Below are positions 43,548 to 44,820 of a DNA stretch of 44,820 nucleotides, piece by piece. The translations under genes and the position numbers were made by a program. Origin of the DNA: Escherichia phage SM_S22; sequence record PP627283.1; one strand, 5' to 3'. The notes under the pieces are model-generated. The model worked only from the letters and a program-made list of their open reading frames with translations, made no database searches and was not told the origin of the DNA. Every line of letters starts with the position of its first letter. Positions within the stretch are counted from its first letter, which is position 1.

Positions 43548-44690
43548 ATGCACCCGCAAACTAAAATCACCGACGAGCAATTGATCGCCGAGTTGCAATC
43601 CGGCACTACCGCGAAAGAGATTGCGAAGAAGTACGGCCTTTCCCTACGAAACGTCTACATGCGCAAAGCCCGCCTGTCGAAGAAAGGTATTGGTCACGGT
43701 AATGATGCCGTAATCCGTAAGCGCGTTGCCGATGGCTTCGGCGTGAAGCGTGTCTCCGCCCTGGTGCGTGGCAATGGCGAAGAGGTCATGTCGTGGGTTA
43801 TCACAGAGCAGGACAAGGAGCGCCAGCTTGAAGCAATGCGAGCCGTTGTCGAGGGTATGAACAGCGAAATCACACCGGCAGCACCAGTAAGCGCCCCGCC
43901 TGTCCCGGTCCAGGCACTTGACCTACTCAACCTGTACACCGTGTCCGACTTCCACCTGGGCATGTTGGCATGGGGTGAGGAGACTGGCGAGGACTGGGAT
44001 ATGGCAATCGCTGAAGACCTGTTTTACCGCTGGTTTGTCGAAGCCTTCGCCCGCGCACCAGACGCAGGAACTGCCGTAATCAATATCCTCGGTGATATGG
44101 CGCATTTTGATAGCCTCGATGCCGTCACCCCAGCCAGTGGTCACATCCTGGACGCAGATACCCGATACCAGAAACTGGTCCGCTACATGATTCGCATGGT
44201 GCGTAACGTGGTAGACCTGGCGCTGCAAAAACACCACAAAGTCAAACTTCTAATCGTCCAGGGGAATCATGACGAGTCGGGTATGATTTGGCTTGCGGAG
44301 ATGTTCAATACCCTGTATGAGAGCGAGCCGCGCGTCGATGTGGACACGTCCCCGGACGTATACAAGATGGTGCAGCACGGCAAGACCACGCTGTTTTTCC
44401 ACCACGGGCACAAAGCACGCTTTGACGCAATCGAGACGGTTATGATTGCTAAGTTCAGGAAAGCATTTGGCGAAAGCGAGTACAGCTACGCGCATGTCGG
44501 TCACTTGCACCACCAGAAGATTGTAGAATCCCGCAACATGATAGTTGAACAGCACCGGACACTCGCAGCGAAAGACGCCTACGCCAGTCGTGGCGGTTGG
44601 ATGTCCGGTCGCAGCGCCAACGTCATTACCTACAGCGCCAACTACGGCGAAGTAGCGCGCTTAACCATTAGCCCGGAAATGTTGAAGTAA
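43548..44690 (+). CDS. HTH domain fused to calcineurin-like metallophosphoesterase
   Basis: 380 aa; N-terminal HTH-like TAKEIAKKYGLSLRNVY; phosphoesterase motifs DFH, GDMAHFD, GNHDE, HHGH, GHLHH in canonical order. Confidence 0.55.
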   Translation: MHPQTKITDEQLIAELQSGTTAKEIAKKYGLSLRNVYMRKARLSKKGIGHGNDAVIRKRVADGFGVKRVSALVRGNGEEVMSWVITEQDKERQLEAMRAVVEGMNSEITPAAPVSAPPVPVQALDLLNLYTVSDFHLGMLAWGEETGEDWDMAIAEDLFYRWFVEAFARAPDAGTAVINILGDMAHFDSLDAVTPASGHILDADTRYQKLVRYMIRMVRNVVDLALQKHHKVKLLIVQGNHDESGMIWLAEMFNTLYESEPRVDVDTSPDVYKMVQHGKTTLFFHHGHKARFDAIETVMIAKFRKAFGESEYSYAHVGHLHHQKIVESRNMIVEQHRTLAAKDAYASRGGWMSGRSANVITYSANYGEVARLTISPEMLK

Positions 44691-44710
44691 CGGCAACCCA
44701 TAAGCCTCCC

Positions 44711-44736
44711 AGCCCGCCGATTTGGTGGGCTTTTTT
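44711..44736 (+). terminator. intrinsic terminator
   Basis: AGCCCGCC-GATTT-GGTGGGCT followed by TTTTTT. Confidence 0.55.
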
Positions 44737-44741
44737 GTGCC

Positions 44742-44750
44742 TGTTATAAT
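44742..44750 (+). promoter_or_regulatory. extended -10 promoter element (TGtTATAAT) reading toward window end
   Basis: Would drive the terminase small subunit at position 1 if the molecule is circular or permuted. Confidence 0.4.
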
Positions 44751-44820
44751 CCACCTTAGATGGCAGGGCCGTCTCCTATGTTGCCGATGGTCGGCGCATA
44801 TGAACAAAAGGGCTTATATC

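Noticed and set aside
1-44820. tRNA genes, integrase or CI-like repressor, toxin-antitoxin pairs
   Set aside because: No cloverleaf-compatible segments or recombinase/repressor motifs were recognised by eye; a tRNAscan and HMM search would be needed to exclude them formally.

Overview
The window reads as a complete or near-complete genome of a tailed dsDNA phage (siphovirus-like, lambda-type tail tip), apparently rotated to start at the terminase small subunit ATG. Plus strand 1-23549 carries packaging, head, spanin, tail and tail-fibre genes, interrupted by two reverse-oriented inserts (5005-5769 and 21634-21852). Minus strand 23579-36309 is an early/replication block: family A DNA polymerase, Cas4-like DUF2800 nuclease, DUF2815-type SSB, VRR-NUC, two HNH proteins, SNF2-type helicase, a Dam-type N6-adenine methyltransferase, a short C5-methyltransferase-like protein, a HAD phosphatase and several unknowns. 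Plus strand 36712-44690 carries an HTH protein, an AEP primase-helicase, small unknown genes, a holin/lysozyme cassette, an Ig-like protein and an HTH-metallophosphoesterase fusion. No integrase, repressor, tRNA or CRISPR array was recognised. The most unusual features are (i) a duplicated ~160-bp element packed with CGGGACA repeats at two loci 28 kb apart, (ii) a recurrent ATTGGTTGCA promoter-associated motif, and (iii) a candidate DNA-modification/nucleotide-metabolism cluster. All protein calls rest on motifs read by eye from the supplied translations; no database search was run, and the resemblance to small T1-like/HK578-like siphoviruses is an untested impression.
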